From positions 6,725,784 through 6,789,783 of the forward strand of contig JAUPSS010000004.1 in the NCBI GenBank assembly GCA_040285825.1: a stretch of 64,000 nt of DNA. The letters run 5' to 3'. This DNA is from Eukaryota sp. TZLM1-RC (taxonomy: Eukaryota; Protista; Metamonada: BaSk clade). This document shows positions 59,948 through 64,000 of the stretch, in pieces; the first letter of the stretch is position 1; each line of letters begins with the position of its first letter. The notes beneath the pieces are model-generated. The model was not told where the DNA came from. It worked only from the letters and a program-made list of their open reading frames with translations, and did not search any database. A program made the position numbers and the translations under genes.

Positions 59948-60995
59948 ATGTGACATTCGTAAGGCTGTATCCCATAGTAAATGAGTAATTTCAGTTGTTT
60001 TCGACAGTTTGCCTGCTAGCCTCCCCATTTTATTATAGTTGCTGGGCATTCATTCCATTTGAGTTAACGTTTCCAAACATGATTTGGTATCCAAATGAAT
60101 AGATCTTGGTAAAAAAGAACCAGCTTTCGGCAACACTTTGAAGGTTTAACATGGAGATTTAAGTGATTCCCCACTAGAATTCAAGGAAATATTTCTCACC
60201 AAGTGACTCAAAAAATGGAATGACTTAGAAAGGTCATTGGTGATTGATACAGTTTCTCAATGACACTTTTTTTCCCAAAAATTTAGACAAAATTTTGGTA
60301 CAATAAAAAAATGAAAAGATTATGAGATGAAGAGATTGCTTTAGTCATTCAGGATCTTGTACCATTTGTTGCAAAGATAATTCCATATTGAAATCATCAT
60401 TTTTTGACATTTCATCCCTTAAATTGAGAATAGCTGTCCGAGTTTTGTTAATCTTATCCAGTAATAATTTTTTTTCTTCGCGTTTTGATTTCAATTTAAC
60501 AAGTGTTGATTTTTTTTGAATGAATGAATTCAAAGTGTATAGTAAGTGGTCTACAAAATGTTTTCCCAAGTTAACACTGTAATTTGTTATCACTTTAGAT
60601 GCCAGGTACTTACAGGGTTGACACATGTATTTGTAATTCGGAATTAAAAAGCCTGTAGATTCAGAGACATCTTCTGGATCTTTTGGATTAGACAGTTTTT
60701 GTGGATTATTCACCAAAAGTTTGATTTTTGAATTATACAGTTCAGAAATCTCGGTTTTTTTAACTTTTCATAGCAAACAACTCTACAAATTTACGAAAAT
60801 GTAGAATTGTTGATTTTCAAATTTGGTAATTGGAATATTTGCAAATTTTTTCCGAATCATTATGGAATGAATTAATTAGAAATGCTTATAGTAAATTTCT
60901 GGCTCGACAATTTATCAATGAAAAGAGGATATTCAAAATAATTTAGTGATCAATTTATTTTATTTTTATTTTGATCCTAAACTTCAAACTTAATT

Positions 60996-61274
60996 TTAAA
61001 CTTGATCTTTGGGAACAAGCTTTGTTTCAAACTCCTCTCTCAACACTGTTCCCGTTTCTGGGTCTTTGACACGTCTTCTGATAATTACTTCCTCCATTTC
61101 TCCTGATGGTTCAGTCTTTCCACCTTCTTCTCCTGGCACAGTAGTGAAAAACTCTTTTGTCTCTTTTTCTCCTTGGGTAAACTTTTCTTTCATACGTTCC
61201 CACCCCTCAACGATTTCTCGTTTGGTGTGATCAAGATTACGTTTCATTCGCTCATCTGGGTTCTTTTCTGGCAT
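60996..61274 (-). CDS. Small hydrophilic hypothetical protein (92 aa)
   Basis: ATG ORF MPEKNPDE..LVPKDQV, charged, followed by AATAAA-rich UTR. Confidence 0.55.
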   Translation of the reverse strand: MPEKNPDERMKRNLDHTKREIVEGWERMKEKFTQGEKETKEFFTTVPGEEGGKTEPSGEMEEVIIRRRVKDPETGTVLREEFETKLVPKDQV

Positions 61275-61523
61275 TCTCAAGACTGAAGGCAAATGTTTTG
61301 CTAACTTTAAGATGTTCAGGATTTCTTTTTTTTTTGGTTTTTTGAATTTGGAACTTGAATTTTCAAAAGCCCAGGTCAACCATGAATCTATTTTGGTTCT
61401 TAATCTTTATATTTTCAAGAATGTTGAAACTTAAGGTTGTGGTATAATCAATATTGTTCTCGCTATTTAATGTGTTTTTTATTCAATATACCTCTAAATT
61501 GTATTTTATTTCATTTAAATCAT

Positions 61524-62501
61524 TCACTTCCTCTCGTTCCTGAGCCAGGTTATAACACTTTGTACTGTTTCATTTGCACTGCGGGGTTCATATGCTAAGT
61601 CTTTAATTGCCAAAGTTGAGTCAATCCACCAATATTTACCAAGATAGGGTACCAAACCTTCTGGAACTGGTGGTTTTAATTTGAAAAACTTAGATAATAT
61701 AACGGCAAGTTTGATAATGATAGCTGGTAGAGGAACTACCAAGCGATGCAAACCTCCCACAGTCCTTACCAGCTTTGCAAACTCAATCATTGTTAGATTT
61801 TCTCCTCCAAGAAGATAACGGGTACCAGGTTTTCCATTGGTGATTGAACTAACAATAGCAGATGCTACGTCTAATACAGAAGTAACACTGACTCCTCCAG
61901 AAGCCACTGTTATCGGCATTGCGGAGTAGAGCAATGTTTCGATGTTGCCTGCTGTAACTCTTTTATAATCGTTTGGTCCATATATTTCTCCAGGACAGAG
62001 AGTAATTAAGTCCATGTTGTTAGCTGTACAGAATGAGTTGAGCTCTCGTTCTGCCAACAGCTTCGCTTCAGCATACCACAAATCTGTAGGTTCAGATAAA
62101 TAGCTTTCTGGACCAAGCCCATGGCGTGTAACATCAAAGCTATTCAAGTAACCAACCGCTGCGGCTGATGATATGTAAATTAATCGCGGTACACAGTTTT
62201 CTCTAGCAGCCCGCGCCACAGTGATTGACCCTTCAACTGCAACCTGCTTAACTTTCGGATCACCGATCTCATCCCAACTACTCATGCAAGCCATGTGCAG
62301 AACCACTTCACAGTCCTTGAATACAGGGAGAAGATCATGAAAGTTATAAATGGAACCTTCATAGACTGTAACGTTTCGGTAGGAATGAGAAAAGTTTGCT
62401 TTATTCCGAGTAATGATGTTTATGGTGTTACCTGTATCAGCAAGATGTCGAAGCACAACTCGTCCTACAAAGCCTGTAGCTCCAGTGATAGCAACCTTCA
62501 T
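61524..62501 (-). CDS. NAD-dependent epimerase/dehydratase, extended SDR (HpnA/DFR-like)
   Basis: TGATGFVG Rossmann motif, YISSAAA, YAEAK catalytic YxxxK, IYGPND, V.DVA, GTRYLLGGENL. Confidence 0.92.
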   Translation of the reverse strand: MKVAITGATGFVGRVVLRHLADTGNTINIITRNKANFSHSYRNVTVYEGSIYNFHDLLPVFKDCEVVLHMACMSSWDEIGDPKVKQVAVEGSITVARAARENCVPRLIYISSAAAVGYLNSFDVTRHGLGPESYLSEPTDLWYAEAKLLAERELNSFCTANNMDLITLCPGEIYGPNDYKRVTAGNIETLLYSAMPITVASGGVSVTSVLDVASAIVSSITNGKPGTRYLLGGENLTMIEFAKLVRTVGGLHRLVVPLPAIIIKLAVILSKFFKLKPPVPEGLVPYLGKYWWIDSTLAIKDLAYEPRSANETVQSVITWLRNERK

Positions 62502-62818
62502 TTTACACTAAATTTACCTGGTTTTTTAGGCATAGATATACTATATATAGATATCTGGAACCTCATGTCTCTATCCGTGCTAATAAATTATAATATACTC
62601 TACACTTTCTTGTTCGTACACACTGACCTTTGCAGTATGTTTTTTTATTTTTTTAACGTGAGTATGGGAGCGGATAATCCTGTACATCTTCACAGCACTG
62701 TCAACATCCCTATCCCACTAAACACCACATTCACTATGTTGACAGTACAGCAGTTCGTGGCAGGGGACTAGATAATCCATTATGATCTTGAACATCATAA
62801 TTGATTAATTTAGTTTAT

Positions 62819-62920
62819 AGCTTTAGATTCCACAATTTTCATTATTAGCAGAATTTCCAAAGGGACGGTAATTATGAGAATTCTGGAATTCTCATATTGA
62901 AAAATGTGGAATCTAAAGCT
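62819..62920. repeat. 102-bp foldback/MITE-like element
   Basis: Terminal inverted repeat AGCTTTAGATTCCACAATTTTCA / TGAAAAATGTGGAATCTAAAGCT (1 mismatch); internal hairpin ATGAGAATTC-tg-GAATTCTCAT; no clear TSD. Confidence 0.65.
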
Positions 62921-63537
62921 TTGATTTAATTTAATTTTGTTATTGTACTTGGTACTTTTTTTTTGATTTTCGGGAACAAGTTTTCAAGAATTAGTTGACT
63001 TCATTAGTCTTTATTGACCACATAATTTTATTGATACACTTTTGATTTCCTATCAGCTTAATTGCTGGATTTAGATGCACCTCAACAATTATTGTTTCCT
63101 CGCATGTGATTTTTCATTTAAAAAAATACCATTTCTTTCTTCTTTTTCAGATGTAAAATCAGAGGCGTTAAATACTGCGATTGGATAGATAGCTCTGAAG
63201 TTGTTTTTGATTTTGTCTCCAGTTATGTTTTAAATGACACTTTCGTGAGGAAAAAATGTGCGAATTTCATTGAAATATGATGATTCAAACATTACAAAAT
63301 TGACCTCAATTGAATGGGAGATTCATGTAGGAACAAGAATTGGAATTTGAAGATTCAAATGATTAAACAAAAGCAAAAAAACCAAGAGTAAAGGAGAAGT
63401 TAGAAGAATCAATGAAATCAAGAGAAGACCGGGTCATAGATATGAATAAATTTGGACAGAGACGCCTAACAATTGCAGAATAAGTAGAATCATCAGAAAG
63501 TGAAACCAGCAAGAGGATAAGAAAACGAATTTCAATA

Positions 63538-64000
63538 CTTTTTTTTAAAATTTAATTTTATTCTAAACCTATAAATCAACATCTAAAAAATCCATCTCTC
63601 CCAAAACAAAAACACTAGATGCAACTCTCTCATAGTGAGATCCAAGAGAAAGCAAAGCATCAGAAACCATCTTCAACATCCCCTTAAAAATAGAAAACAC
63701 AATTCTATTTTGCCAAAACAATCTGTTGAAATTTCTACCAGTTCTTCTCTTTACAATCATTTCAAAATCATCCAAAAAACGTAAAGCAGTTGGTGCAAGT
63801 GAACCAAAAAGGGAAAATACAAATGGATACAAATTGTATTTTGCATGCTGTAGACTGGCCAATTTGGACAAAGGTTCATTGTATTTTTTGAATTTAAAAT
63901 TTTCAGCATTTGAAAGGGGATTATGAATTTCAGAATTAACAAGCCTTTCATTTGAGGCATTACAAGGATCAACAGACATTACATCCAATAAAATGAAGCT
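63538..64000 (-). mobile_element. 3' end of a young CRE-like copy (subfamily 1), continues beyond window
   Basis: Near-identical to 47357-47816, uninterrupted ORF 63569..63988, A-tail. Confidence 0.93.

Larger units (their letters stand above)
56150..60780 (-). pseudogene. Fanzor2 family D pseudogene interrupted by three LTR-type insertions
   Basis: In order: YLASKVITNYSVNLGKHF, KVLPKAGSFLPRSIHLDTK, IVTNGHSVSIQF, VATDSIEYDLIHAVS, VIGDWSK (after removing the LTR element), VNDAFTSKRCHNC, WGL.*CNQCKTFWNRETNSALNI. Confidence 0.82.

Noticed and set aside
1-64000. tRNA, rRNA or snRNA genes; stop-codon reassignment
   Set aside because: None recognised by eye; conserved host genes read through with the standard code and end in TAA, TAG or TGA.

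Overview
AT-rich, gene-dense chromosome segment of a flagellated microbial eukaryote. It uses the standard code, has ~30-nt GT-AG introns and short intergenic gaps; the exact taxon cannot be determined from the sequence. Host genes include WASHC3, RPC31, RPB7, DNAAF11/LRRC6, an XRCC2-like RAD51 paralog, a COMM-domain protein, the TFIIA large subunit, a centrosomin-CM1 protein, a TmcB-like membrane protein, ASF1, Mog1, a CDK20-like kinase, TFIIIC-102/Tfc4, a T4 endonuclease V-like glycosylase and a bacterial-type extended SDR. These are interspersed with a heavy mobile-DNA load. (i) Nine loci from at least five families of Fanzor (eukaryotic TnpB-like RNA-guided RuvC nuclease) genes, none with an adjacent transposase. 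One (13491-15405) is complete except for a single extra C in a homopolymer and has related structured motifs at both ends; one Fanzor2 carries a C-terminal CCHC knuckle. (ii) At least three subfamilies of CRE/SLACS-like RLE non-LTR retrotransposons, including a full-length copy with a 14-bp TSD nested in an older copy. (iii) Three short-LTR insertions with 4-bp TSDs, all inside one Fanzor2 pseudogene; two share an unusual palindromic leader at the PBS position. (iv) A non-autonomous hAT element and a small foldback element. All protein family calls are by motif recognition; no database search was run.
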